From NCBI GenBank assembly GCA_040755395.1, contig JBFMAX010000010.1, positions 26,136 through 90,135 of the forward strand: a stretch of DNA of 64,000 bases, given 5' to 3'. The notes under the pieces are model-generated. The model was not told the DNA's origin, ran no database searches, and saw only the letters and a program-made list of their open reading frames with translations. Below, one piece after another: positions 1-8,600 of this stretch. A program made the position numbers and the translations under genes. Within the stretch, counting starts at the first letter, position 1; each line of letters begins with the position of its first letter. The stretch is from Nitrospirota bacterium. Lineage in GTDB: Bacteria > Nitrospirota > Nitrospiria > Nitrospirales > Nitrospiraceae.

Positions 1-744
1 CGTGCTCCCGGCCACGAAAAGTTCCTCGCCTTCGGCGAGGCGCAAGACATCGCGGGAGAGGGAGCCGTTCGCCGGCACCTCCGGCAGGGGTTGGTCGAAC
101 TTGATGTTGCCGGTACGGCGCACCCGGGCCGGATCGGCTCCCAGGGCGATGATGCGTTCGGCGTCCCGATCGGACTGCATGAGACAGAGGGTGACGGACT
201 CCAGCATGCGGCGATACAACGGGCGGACCAAGCCTATCCGTTGCCGTTCGAATGAACGGGACGACACTCGGCCGTTGACGAGCACCGTCGGCACGCCGCG
301 CCGCCGGAGCGCCCGCAACAGATTCGGCCACAGCTCGGTCTCGATAAACAGGTAGAGGCAAGGATCGAGGCGATTCACGAAGGCCGACACCACCCAGGGA
401 AAGTCGAGCGGGGCATAGCGATGCTCAGCGATGCCCGCCAACCGCTGCTCCACCGCTTCGCGTCCCGTCTCGGTCACGGTGGAAACAAGAAGCCGATGTT
501 CCGGATAGCGGCGAGCCAACTCACGGACGAGGGGCACAGCCGCCGTCACCTCGCCCAACGACACGGCATGGAGCCAGATGACTGGTTTGTTTGGTTGGCC
601 TGGTTGAGAACCCATTGCACCAAATGAACCAAACCAACCGAGTCGTTGCGGCAATCCTCTCCGGCATCGCTTCTTGGCCAGCAGAATGAGCAGGATCACC
701 GGAGAGGCGAGGATCAGGAGGACCTTGTAGAGGAGATACCACAT
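1..744 (-). CDS. waaA: Kdo transferase WaaA/KdtA, N-terminal 248 codons; the 3' end runs off the left edge of the window
   Basis: Absent from the ORF track. My own minus-strand translation from ATG 744 gives MWYLLYKVLLILASPVILLILLAKKRCRRGLPQRLG...PVIWLHAVSLGEVTAAVPLVRELARRYPEHRLLVSTVTETGRE...LFIETELWPNLLRALRRRGVPTVLVNGRVS. It has the TM anchor plus the H.VS.GE and ETE.WPN motifs of WaaA and lies in a lipid A gene context. Confidence 0.8.
   Translation of the reverse strand, partial: MWYLLYKVLLILASPVILLILLAKKRCRRGLPQRLGWFGSFGAMGSQPGQPNKPVIWLHAVSLGEVTAAVPLVRELARRYPEHRLLVSTVTETGREAVEQRLAGIAEHRYAPLDFPWVVSAFVNRLDPCLYLFIETELWPNLLRALRRRGVPTVLVNGRVSSRSFERQRIGLVRPLYRRMLESVTLCLMQSDRDAERIIALGADPARVRRTGNIKFDQPLPEVPANGSLSRDVLRLAEGEELFVAGST
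585..640. repeat. Inverted GGTTTGK / MCAAACC motif embedded in the waaA coding sequence
   Basis: ggtttgtttggttggcctggttgaga ... caccaaatgaaccaaaccaacc. It belongs to the same TTGGTnn/nnACCAA family as 7798-7888 and encodes the G/S/P-rich loop GWFGSFGAMGSQPGQPNKP. Confidence 0.35.
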
Positions 745-752
745 TGTCAGAT

Positions 753-824
753 GTGATGCGTGACGCGTGACGCGTCGAGTTCGTGCCTATCACGCCTCAC
801 GCATTACGTTTCACGCATCACGCC
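753..824. repeat. Heptamer-periodic inverted repeat array (GTGAYGC / TCACGCN)
   Basis: Left arm gtgatgc gtgacgc gtgacgc gtcgagt (753-780). Right arm tcacgcc tcacgca ttacgtt tcacgca tcacgcc (790-824). The arms are approximate reverse complements. The array fills the gap between the waaA start and the DUF374 stop. Confidence 0.8.
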
Positions 825-1473
825 TTCCGCTGTACGTCTTCATCCGCTTCCGCGGTGAGCCGGTTCAGCGCCGCTTCCAGTTCGGCACGCTTCACTTCCA
901 GGTCGGAATCGGTCGCATCAGCCGCCACCCAGATGGGCTGTCCCCACCGAAACAGCCCGCGCCCGAATGGAAGCGGGAGTTCGAAGCGATCCCAGCTTGC
1001 GAAGACTTTTTTTTTGAGCAGCTAAAGGCCACCGGCACGATCGGCAGGCCGGTCGCCTTGGCCAGTTGTACCACGCCGAGCTTGGCCACATACCTCGGCC
1101 CTTTCGGCCCGTCCGGCGTGACGGCGAGATCGGCGCCCGAGCGCCCCACCCGGATCAATTCACGCAAGGCCGCCGCCCCACCCCTTGTGCTGGATCCCCT
1201 CACGAAGCGTGCGCCGAACCGCTCGACAATCCGCGCGATGAGCTCGCCGTCGCGATGCCGACTGACCAGGGCGTACACGCCGGAACCTCGGTACGCGAGG
1301 GGCATCATGAGCTGGCGGTTGTGCCAGAACGCAAAGATGACGTGACGGCCCTCTCGGTGCAGCTTCTCGACGACCTCAGCTCCCTCATACCTGATCCTGA
1401 TGAGAACACCCAGTGTCCGGATCAGCCAGGCGCCGATCGGCGGGAAGAGCGCGAGCTTGAGCCAGTTGAACAT
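818..1473 (-). pseudogene. DUF374 (lysophospholipid acyltransferase-like) gene interrupted by a frameshift in an A9 tract
   Basis: Track ORF 892..1506 carries FAFWHNRQLMMP...VSRHRDGELIA...VTPDGPKGPRY. After ...PVAFSCSKKK the frame is lost in 9 A (9 T on the plus strand, 1007-1015). A one-base shift restores VFASWDRFELPLPFGRGLFRWGQPIWVAADATDSDLEVKRAELEAALNRLTAEADEDVQRKA*, ending at TGA 818-820. Start is taken at ATG 1473 (MFNWLKL); TTG 1506 adds only repeat-encoded residues. Confidence 0.7.
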
Positions 1474-1561
1474 CGTGAATCGTGAACCGTTATTCGTTAA
1501 TCGCAAAAGCGCCCTGGATTTCCGTCTCTCATGTTTTTCGTTTAACGAATCACGTCTTCAC
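1474..1561. repeat. Heptamer-periodic inverted repeat array (CGTKAAY / RTTMACG family)
   Basis: Left arm cgtgaat cgtgaac cgttatt cgttaat cgcaaaa. Right arm tttttcg tttaacg aatcacg tcttcac. It spans the DUF374 start and the msbA stop. Confidence 0.8.
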
Positions 1562-3281
1562 TCTGGAACTGCATCGCGTGGAGCCGTTTGTACAGCCCGT
1601 TTTGGCGGAGCAGGGTCTCGTGCGGGCCGATCTCGACGATCCGGCCCCGGTCCAACACGACGATCCGATCCGCATTTTGGATCGTCGAGAGCCGGTGGGC
1701 GATCACCAGCGTCGTGCGGTTCTTCATCAGGTTGGAGAGCGCCATCTGGACCACGCGTTCCGACTCCGTATCGAGCGCCGACGTGGCTTCGTCCAGAATC
1801 AGGATCGCGGGATCGCGCAAAATCGCCCGCGCGATCGCCAATCGCTGGCGTTCGCCACCGGACAGCTTGACACCGCGTTCGCCGATCAGGGTCTCGTAGC
1901 CGGAGGGCAGCCGCTCGATGAACTCGTGGGCATAGGCCAGCTTGGCGGCCTGAACGATCTCATCCTTCGTCGCATCCGGCCGGCCGTAGGCGATGTTCTG
2001 GGCGACGGACTCGTCGAACAGCACCACGTCCTGCGACACGATTCCGATCTGCGCCCGCAGCGATCGGAGCGTGCAGTCTCGGATGTCCACTCCGTCGATC
2101 AGAATCCGACCTTCGGTCGGCTCGTAAAAGCGAGGCACCAAGCTCACGAGCGTGGTTTTGCCGCTGCCGCTGCTGCCGACAAAGGCGACCGTCTCGCCGG
2201 CCCGAATCGAAAGGTCGATATCGGACAGCGCGTCCAAGCCGTGCCGCTCGTAGCGAAAGGTGACGCCTTTGAATTCCAACGCGCGCGCGATGGGAGACAG
2301 CTCGACATGTCCGCGGTCCCGATCCTGTTCGGTGTCCAGATCCAGCACTTCGAACACGCGTTCGGCCGCGGACAGCGCCTGCTGGATGGTGTTGTTCGCC
2401 CCGGAGAGCCGCCGGATCGGCGCATAGGCCATGAACATCGCCGCGAGAAACGAGAAGAAGGCCCCGGGCGTCATGGCGTCATGAATCACCAAGTACCCTC
2501 CGTACCACACGATACCGGCCACTCCGATAACGCCGATGACCTCCATGTGGGAGGATCCGAGGGATGAGACCTGGATCGCCTTCATCGTCGTCTGCAAGAA
2601 CGCTTTATTGCTGGCTCTAAAGCGAAGCGTTTCGGTCTCCTCCCGCCCGAACGCCTTCACCATCCGGATACCCGCCAAGGATTCCTGCAGCAATGACGCC
2701 ATGTCGCCGATCCGCTCCTGTCCCCTCGTCGCCAGATTCCGCAGCCGCTGGCCCATGCGAACCATCGTGTAGGCGGAGAGAGGGATGACGACGATCGAGA
2801 GGGCGGCGAGTTCCCAGTTCTGATAAAAGATCACGCCCAGCATCGCGACGAAGGTCAGGCCTTGCTGGAAGACATCCTTCAGCACCCCCGCCACCGCGTT
2901 GGCCATCAGGTTCACGTCGTTGATGACGCGCGACACGAGCCGGCCGGACGTATTGGCGTCGTGAAATCCGACGGGCAGGCGCAGCAGTTGCCCGAAGAGC
3001 GCCTGGCGGATATCCGTGATCACCTGATTGCCGACGTAATTCATGAGATAGTTTTGCCCGTAACTGAAGACGCCCTTCAGCACGGCCACGGCCAGAATGG
3101 CGAGCGGCAGGACGATCAGCAACGTCTCGTCCTTGTTGATGAAGATGCCGTCCAGGACCGGCCGCACCAGCCAGGCATAGGCGCCGGAAAGTCCGGCCAC
3201 CAGCGCGGCGCAGACGAACGCCGCCGCGAGCCGGACCCGGTAGGGCTTGAGATAGCCGATCAGCCGGAGAAACTGCTTCAT
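1542..3281 (-). CDS. msbA: Lipid A export ABC transporter permease/ATPase MsbA
   Basis: Six-TM exporter domain, Walker A GSSGSGKTT, signature LSGGERQR, Walker B ILILDEATSALD. ATG 3281 overlaps the lpxB stop (ATGA). GTG 3290 is an alternative start. Confidence 0.88.
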   Translation of the reverse strand: MKQFLRLIGYLKPYRVRLAAAFVCAALVAGLSGAYAWLVRPVLDGIFINKDETLLIVLPLAILAVAVLKGVFSYGQNYLMNYVGNQVITDIRQALFGQLLRLPVGFHDANTSGRLVSRVINDVNLMANAVAGVLKDVFQQGLTFVAMLGVIFYQNWELAALSIVVIPLSAYTMVRMGQRLRNLATRGQERIGDMASLLQESLAGIRMVKAFGREETETLRFRASNKAFLQTTMKAIQVSSLGSSHMEVIGVIGVAGIVWYGGYLVIHDAMTPGAFFSFLAAMFMAYAPIRRLSGANNTIQQALSAAERVFEVLDLDTEQDRDRGHVELSPIARALEFKGVTFRYERHGLDALSDIDLSIRAGETVAFVGSSGSGKTTLVSLVPRFYEPTEGRILIDGVDIRDCTLRSLRAQIGIVSQDVVLFDESVAQNIAYGRPDATKDEIVQAAKLAYAHEFIERLPSGYETLIGERGVKLSGGERQRLAIARAILRDPAILILDEATSALDTESERVVQMALSNLMKNRTTLVIAHRLSTIQNADRIVVLDRGRIVEIGPHETLLRQNGLYKRLHAMQFQSEDVIR

Positions 3282-4408
3282 ACGCGACACTCCGACAGCA
3301 CCACTTCGGCGGCGCGGCGCGACGCCCCCGGCTCACCCAGCGACTGCCTGACCGCGCGCAGCGCGGCCTTCATCTCATCATACGCGGTCATGTCGGTCAG
3401 CAGGCGGACCGCTTCCCGGTTCAGCCGTTCAGGCGTTGCATCCTGTTGAATCAGTTCCGGCACGATCTTTCGTCCCGCGACGAGATTCACCAGTCCGATG
3501 CAATCGACCTGGATCAGGGCGCGCGCGATCCAATACGTCAGCCGGGGAACCCGGTACAGGAGGATCATCGGCGCGCCGATCACCGCCGCCTGGAGCGTCG
3601 CCGTTCCGGAGGCGACGAACAACAGATCCGACGCCGCCATCACCTCGTTGGCCTGATCGCGCCGGACCCGTACGGTCACCGCCGCGTTGGTTAAGAGTTC
3701 CCGAATCAAATTATCCTGGATCGAGGACGCCTGAGCCAGCAGAAACTCGACTCCGGGCCGCTCGGACGCCAGACGCCGGGCCGCCTCCAGCATGACCGGC
3801 AACAGCGACCGGACCTCTCCCTCCCGGCTTCCCGGCAGCAACCCGATCACCGTTCCCGCCCGATCGACGCCGAACCGTTTGCGGAGCTCCGCCTGATCCA
3901 GGGCGGGGGCCACGGCATCCAGCAGGGGATGCCCGACGAAGGTACAGCGGACTCCGGCCCGGTGATACAGCGGCTCTTCGAACGGCAGAATGACCACCAC
4001 ATGGTCCACCCGTCGCTGCATCCATTTGATTCGGCGGGGCCGCCAGGCCCAGATCTGCGGCGCGATGTAGTACAGGACCCGCAGCCCCGCCGCCTTGGCC
4101 ACGCGCGCGAAATGCAGATTCAGGCCCGGGTTGTCGATCAACACGACGAGATCGAAGGATTCCGTGCGAAGCACGCGCCGGACGGCCAGGATCCGCCGGA
4201 GCATGACCGCGACGGCCGACGGACCGATCAGACCGATGATGTCGAGATGCGGAACGCCGGGCACCAGTTCCACCCCGGCTGCCCGCATGGACTCCCCGCC
4301 GATGCCCAGAATCGACAGGCCGGGGTCCAGCGCTTTCAGCGCCCGAGCCAGATTGGCCCCGTGCAGATCGCCGGAGGCTTCGCCGGCAATGATGAGGATG
4401 CGCGGCAT
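3278..4408 (-). CDS. lpxB: Lipid-A-disaccharide synthase LpxB
   Basis: N-terminus MPRILIIAGEASGDLHGANLARAL, 376 aa, typical of LpxB (GT19). Flanked by lipid A genes. Confidence 0.9.
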   Translation of the reverse strand: MPRILIIAGEASGDLHGANLARALKALDPGLSILGIGGESMRAAGVELVPGVPHLDIIGLIGPSAVAVMLRRILAVRRVLRTESFDLVVLIDNPGLNLHFARVAKAAGLRVLYYIAPQIWAWRPRRIKWMQRRVDHVVVILPFEEPLYHRAGVRCTFVGHPLLDAVAPALDQAELRKRFGVDRAGTVIGLLPGSREGEVRSLLPVMLEAARRLASERPGVEFLLAQASSIQDNLIRELLTNAAVTVRVRRDQANEVMAASDLLFVASGTATLQAAVIGAPMILLYRVPRLTYWIARALIQVDCIGLVNLVAGRKIVPELIQQDATPERLNREAVRLLTDMTAYDEMKAALRAVRQSLGEPGASRRAAEVVLSECRV

Positions 4409-4416
4409 GACAGAGC

Positions 4417-4511
4417 CGTTATTCGTTAATCGTTACACGTTAAACGGGAAGAAAAGAGGAATGAATGCTGATCGTCTTTCACGGTTAACGAATAACGTTT
4501 CACGCTTCACG
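4417..4511. repeat. Heptamer-periodic inverted repeat array (CGTKAAY / RTTMACG family)
   Basis: Left arm cgttatt cgttaat cgttaca cgttaaa (4417-4444). Right arm tttcacg gttaacg aataacg tttcacg cttcacg (4477-4511). cgttattcgttaa is the exact reverse complement of ttaacgaataacg. Confidence 0.85.
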
Positions 4512-5460
4512 CGTTCTCGTGGCGCCGCATGAATTCGCCGATCGCCTCCAGAATCTTATGGGCCAGCTCCAGCGCGGCGGCCCCGTCCTCGCCGGACACG
4601 ACGGGGCGTGACCCGGTCGAAACGGCCTGCAGAAAGGCCTCGAGCTGTAGTTTGAGCGGTTCCTCATCGCTCCCCTGGACGTTCTGGATGTCGAGCGTCG
4701 GCCGTTCACCCGGCTTCGTCACCCGCCGGCAGATCATCCCCTGGCGTGAGGAGAAATCGACGGAGACATACCTGTCGCGCTGAAAGACCCGCAGACGCCG
4801 CATCCGGTTCATCGACACCCGGCTGGACGTCAAATTGGCCACACAGCCGCTGCCGAACACGATCCTGGCGTTGGCGATATCGATGTTGGGCGAAAGCACC
4901 GGCACGCCGGCGGCCCGTATCTCTTCCACCGGACCAGGTTCGAATGAAAGGACCAAATCCAGATCATGGATCATCAGATCCAGAACAACGTCGACGTCCG
5001 TGCCCCGTTCGCCGAACGGGCTCAACCGGTGACATTCGATGAACCCCGGCCGGCCGATCGAGGATTGCACGGCCTGCATGACCGGATTGAACCGCTCGAT
5101 GTGGCCGACCTGCAGGAGACAGCCGTGCTTCCGCGCCAGCTCCACGAGGTCGCGGGCCTCGCCCGGCGTGACGGCGATCGGTTTCTCGACGAGCACATGC
5201 TTGCCCGCTTCAAGACAGGCCTTCACCACGGCGTAATGCGCCGACGTCGGCACGGCCACGCTGACCGCATCCACTTCCTTGAGCAACCGCTCACGATCGA
5301 GGAACGCCCGCACGCCATAGCGCTCCGCGATCACTCGGGCCCGTTCCGGATTCACATCCATGACGCCCGCGAGCGTCGAGCCGGCCAGGCTCGCATACAG
5401 GCGGGCATGATGCTGGCCCAGATGGCCGACTCCGATGACGCCGGTGCGTAGCTTCCGCAT
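4507..5460 (-). CDS. Gfo/Idh/MocA-family NAD(P)-dependent oxidoreductase embedded in the lipid A cluster
   Basis: Rossmann motif MRKLRTGVIGVGHLGQHHARLY. ATG 5460. The track start 5538 reads through the repeat array. Confidence 0.8.
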   Translation of the reverse strand: MRKLRTGVIGVGHLGQHHARLYASLAGSTLAGVMDVNPERARVIAERYGVRAFLDRERLLKEVDAVSVAVPTSAHYAVVKACLEAGKHVLVEKPIAVTPGEARDLVELARKHGCLLQVGHIERFNPVMQAVQSSIGRPGFIECHRLSPFGERGTDVDVVLDLMIHDLDLVLSFEPGPVEEIRAAGVPVLSPNIDIANARIVFGSGCVANLTSSRVSMNRMRRLRVFQRDRYVSVDFSSRQGMICRRVTKPGERPTLDIQNVQGSDEEPLKLQLEAFLQAVSTGSRPVVSGEDGAAALELAHKILEAIGEFMRRHENA

Positions 5461-5466
5461 AAACCC

Positions 5467-5570
5467 CGTTACTCGTGAAGCGTCAACCGTTAACCGTGAA
5501 GGCGAAGTGTGTCTTAGTGTGTCTTTATGGAGTGTCATCCCGGTTAACGAATAACGTTTAACGATGAACG
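5467..5570. repeat. Heptamer-periodic inverted repeat array (CGTKAAY / RTTMACG family)
   Basis: Left arm cgttact cgtgaag cgtcaac cgttaac cgtgaag. Right arm gttaacg aataacg tttaacg atgaacg. The spacer contains gtgtgtctt twice. Confidence 0.85.
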
Positions 5571-6385
5571 TCTCCGTACAGCCCGACGATCGCGATGCCC
5601 GCTTGCTCGGCCATGCGCACCGTGTCCTCCCGGTCCAGGAGCACGCTCTTGCCCGCCTCCAGCGCGAGCACCGCGGCTTTCACCGACTCCATGACCTCGA
5701 TCGTCCTGGGGCCGACCGCCGGCAGGTCGAAGCGAAGATCCTGCTGCGGCTTCGAGCGCTTGACCACCACCGCGCCCTCCTTGGCCAGTTCGCCTCCACG
5801 GCGGATGGCGCCGTCGGTCCCCTCGATCGCTTCGACCGCTACGACCACCCGGTCCTTCACGACGACGCACTGGCCGATGTCGAGTCGGCCGATCTCCCGC
5901 GCCACCTCCCAGCCGTAGCGCACGTCCTCCCATTCCTTTGTGCTGGGCTTCCGTTTGGTCACCGAGCCTTCTTCGACCAGGATGCCCTGCAGGCCGAACG
6001 TCGATTCCCGGATCGTGATCCCTTCGCTCTCCAACTCGGCCGCGATGCCTCGGAGGATGTCGTCGTCCTTCCATCGCGCCAACCGGGTGGCCAGCGCCAA
6101 CGCGCGGAAATCCGGCCGCACCGCGGTGAAGACGTGCGTCTTGCTGATGCCTCCCAGCATGACGGCCTGCCGCACGCCGTCTCCCTTCAGCGCGTTGATC
6201 AGCTTGTTGAACTGGCCGATCTTGATCCAATGGATCCGATCCACATGCTTCGCCAGTTCAGGGTCCGTCTCGCCCTCGTGCGCCACGGCCGAGACGGCGT
6301 AGCCCTGCTTCCTGGCGTTCTCGGCGAAAATGATCGGAAACCGGCCGTTGCCGGCGATCAATCCGATGCGTTCCCCGTGTCCCAT
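5558..6385 (-). CDS. lpxI: UDP-2,3-diacylglucosamine hydrolase LpxI (DUF1009 family)
   Basis: RIGLIAGNGRFPIIFAENARKQG ... MLGGISK ... IGQCVVVKD, 275 aa. Lies between lpxA and lpxB as in other LpxI-type clusters. Confidence 0.8.
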   Translation of the reverse strand: MGHGERIGLIAGNGRFPIIFAENARKQGYAVSAVAHEGETDPELAKHVDRIHWIKIGQFNKLINALKGDGVRQAVMLGGISKTHVFTAVRPDFRALALATRLARWKDDDILRGIAAELESEGITIRESTFGLQGILVEEGSVTKRKPSTKEWEDVRYGWEVAREIGRLDIGQCVVVKDRVVVAVEAIEGTDGAIRRGGELAKEGAVVVKRSKPQQDLRFDLPAVGPRTIEVMESVKAAVLALEAGKSVLLDREDTVRMAEQAGIAIVGLYGDVHR

Positions 6386-6419
6386 GATGTCCTGTTCAAC
6401 GGCGGGACGATCCCCGCCC

Positions 6420-7229
6420 CTATTCGTCCTCGTGCTCGTGCTCGACGTCGACCGAGCGGCAGATGCCGCGCTTGGTACCTTCCATGAACGCGACGACCTC
6501 CATCACATCCTTGCTGTCCTTGAACTGCTCGCGCGCCAGCTTGACGGCTTCGGCCATGCGATGGCCGGTGCGGAACAGCAGGTCGTATGCACGCTTGAGA
6601 GTCGCGATCCGGTCGCTGGAGAACCCGTGGCGTTTGAGCCCGATGTAGTTGATGCCGTACATCCGCGCCCGGTAGCCGCCGGCCGCCCGCATGAACGGCG
6701 GCAGATCCTGGCCCAGCGCCGAACACCCGCCGACCATCGCGTAGGCGCCGATCCGCACGTATTGATGAATGCCGGACAGGCCGCCGATGATGGCATGGTC
6801 CCCGATGGTGATGTGGCCGGCCAGGCTGGCGGCGTTCGCCAGGATCAGATGGCTGCCCAGATGGCAATCATGGGCGACATGGACGTAGGCCATCAGGAAA
6901 TTGTGATGGCCGATCGACGTGAGGCCGCCGCCCTGGGCCGTCGCGCGATTGACCGTGACGTATTCGCGCAGGATATTGTCGTTCCCGATGACGACGCGGG
7001 TCGGCTCGCCCTTGTACTGCAGATGTTGCGGGGGACCGCCGATCGAGGCGAACGGAAACAGCTCGCACCGCTCGCCGATCTCCGTCCACCCTTCCACGCA
7101 CACGTGCGACATCAGCCGCGTGCCGCGCCCGATCTTGACGTGCTCGCCGACGACGCAAAACGGTCCCACGACGACATCCTCGGCCAGCTCGGCCTTGGGA
7201 TGCACAACTGCGGTCGGATGAATGTTCAC
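6420..7229 (-). CDS. lpxA: Acyl-ACP--UDP-N-acetylglucosamine O-acyltransferase LpxA
   Basis: NIHPTAVVHPKAELAEDVVVGPFCVVGEHVKIG hexapeptide beta-helix repeats, 269 aa, GTG start. Confidence 0.9.
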   Translation of the reverse strand: MNIHPTAVVHPKAELAEDVVVGPFCVVGEHVKIGRGTRLMSHVCVEGWTEIGERCELFPFASIGGPPQHLQYKGEPTRVVIGNDNILREYVTVNRATAQGGGLTSIGHHNFLMAYVHVAHDCHLGSHLILANAASLAGHITIGDHAIIGGLSGIHQYVRIGAYAMVGGCSALGQDLPPFMRAAGGYRARMYGINYIGLKRHGFSSDRIATLKRAYDLLFRTGHRMAEAVKLAREQFKDSKDVMEVVAFMEGTKRGICRSVDVEHEHEDE

Positions 7230-7241
7230 TCGTGTACCTCC

Positions 7242-7321
7242 CGTTAATCGTTAACCGTTATTCGTTAACCGCCTTGGGTGCGCAGACCTTGCGCTTCACG
7301 TTTAACGTTTAACGATTCACG
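7242..7321. repeat. Heptamer-periodic inverted repeat array (CGTKAAY / RTTMACG family)
   Basis: Left arm cgttaat cgttaac cgttatt cgttaac. Right arm cttcacg tttaacg tttaacg attcacg. Lies between the lpxA start and the fabZ stop. Confidence 0.85.
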
Positions 7322-7767
7322 TCCTCCGTTTTCTCTTCCGTCACCATCGCGGTCAATTCCGCCTCGCAGACCAGGTCCTCTTCCACGTAGGCCTTGGCCC
7401 GCATCTTCCAGAACGGCGGCCGCTTCTTGAGCACTTCGACCTCGAATCGCAGTTGATCGCCGGGAATGACCGGCTTGCGGAACTTGGCGTGATCCACCCC
7501 CGTCAGATAGACCACCGGGCGCCCGGTTTGCGCCAGGGATTTGAAAGCCAGCACGCCGCCCACTTGGGCCATCGCTTCGAGAATGAGCACGCCGGGCATG
7601 ACCGGGCGGTTCGGGAAATGCCCCTGAAAGAACTGTTCGTTGATCGTGACGTTCTTGATTCCGACGACCCGCCGGTCCAATTCCAACTCGCGAATCCGGT
7701 CCACCAGCAGAAACGGATACCGGTGCGGGAGCAAGGTTTGGATGTCCACGTTCTCCATCGCTGCCAT
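7309..7767 (-). CDS. fabZ: 3-hydroxyacyl-ACP dehydratase FabZ
   Basis: [14 protein letters not shown] ... [23 protein letters not shown] 7767 is preceded by GAGGAGG. TTG 7794 (track start) is an alternative. Confidence 0.9.
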   Translation of the reverse strand: MAAMENVDIQTLLPHRYPFLLVDRIRELELDRRVVGIKNVTINEQFFQGHFPNRPVMPGVLILEAMAQVGGVLAFKSLAQTGRPVVYLTGVDHAKFRKPVIPGDQLRFEVEVLKKRPPFWKMRAKAYVEEDLVCEAELTAMVTEEKTEDVNR

Positions 7768-7797
7768 TTCCGCTGCCTCCTCAGCTCGGTTCAAGAA

Positions 7798-7888
7798 GGT
7801 TTATTTGGTCTATCGTGTGTCTTTGGTGCGGAAGCATCTCGATCCGGCCGACCCAATAAACCAAACGAACTACATGAACCAAACAAAC
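7798..7888. repeat. Inverted repeat of the TTGGTnn / nnACCAA family
   Basis: ggtttatttggt (7798-7809) pairs with acccaataaacc (7851-7862), followed by aaacgaactacatgaaccaaacaaacc. The spacer contains gtgtgtcttt, as in 5501-5525. Confidence 0.5.
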
Positions 7889-7896
7889 CGGTGTTG

Positions 7897-8439
7897 CTAC
7901 CGGTTCTGCCGGTCGAACTCCTTGACCACTTTGTCCGTCAGATCGAGCCCCGGCTGATGATAGATGACGATTTTGATGTTGGCTTCGTTGCCCTTATCCA
8001 GCACGGCGGCGTACCCTTCCCGCTCCGCGACGGCCAGCGCGGCCTTCTGGATCTTCTTCGAATATTCCGCCACCATCTCGCGCTGCTTCTCCTGCACCTC
8101 GCGATTGAACTCCTGCACGCGACGCTGATAGGCCTCGAATTTCGCGCGCAGCAGTTCCTGCTTTTCCCGTCTGGCAGCCTCGCTGAGCGTGTTGTTCGGG
8201 TCCTGGAGGGATCGTTCGATCGACTTCAATTCTTGATCGTCGGAGTCGACGATTTTCTGGCGGGTTGCGGAAAAGCTCCGCAGTTCTTCCAGGGCCCGTT
8301 TCCCCGTTTTGGACTTTTCCATGACGACCTGCTGGTCGATCACCGCCACTTTGAACGACTCCGCCGCCGACGAACAGCCCGACCAATGTTCCAGCAACGC
8401 GATGCAGACCACTACCGGCAGAAGAGGTCCCGGCTTCAT
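7897..8439 (-). CDS. OmpH/Skp-like periplasmic chaperone, lipoprotein-type signal
   Basis: MKPGPLLPVVVCIALLEHWSGC followed by a K/E/Q-rich coiled region. GGAGG lies before ATG 8439. The track start 8529 is upstream. Confidence 0.75.
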   Translation of the reverse strand: MKPGPLLPVVVCIALLEHWSGCSSAAESFKVAVIDQQVVMEKSKTGKRALEELRSFSATRQKIVDSDDQELKSIERSLQDPNNTLSEAARREKQELLRAKFEAYQRRVQEFNREVQEKQREMVAEYSKKIQKAALAVAEREGYAAVLDKGNEANIKIVIYHQPGLDLTDKVVKEFDRQNR

Positions 8440-8520
8440 CCTCCGCCCCTCATCGATTCCGTTCACGCTTACTCGCACACCATGTCCCCGTTTCATCCTG
8501 GAGCTTGATCGTGGAAGAGC

Positions 8521-8588
8521 GAGAGGCAAGGGGCTCGGGGCGAGGGGGAAGAGACTCCGACCTCTAGCCTCGGGCCTCGGGCCTATCG
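8521..8588. repeat. Heptamer-periodic G-rich / C-rich repeat arms (GGC/GCC family)
   Basis: Left arm gagaggc aaggggc tcggggc gaggggg. Right arm cctctag cctcggg cctcggg cctatcg. Confidence 0.6.
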
Positions 8589-8600
8589 GTTCAGAACAGC

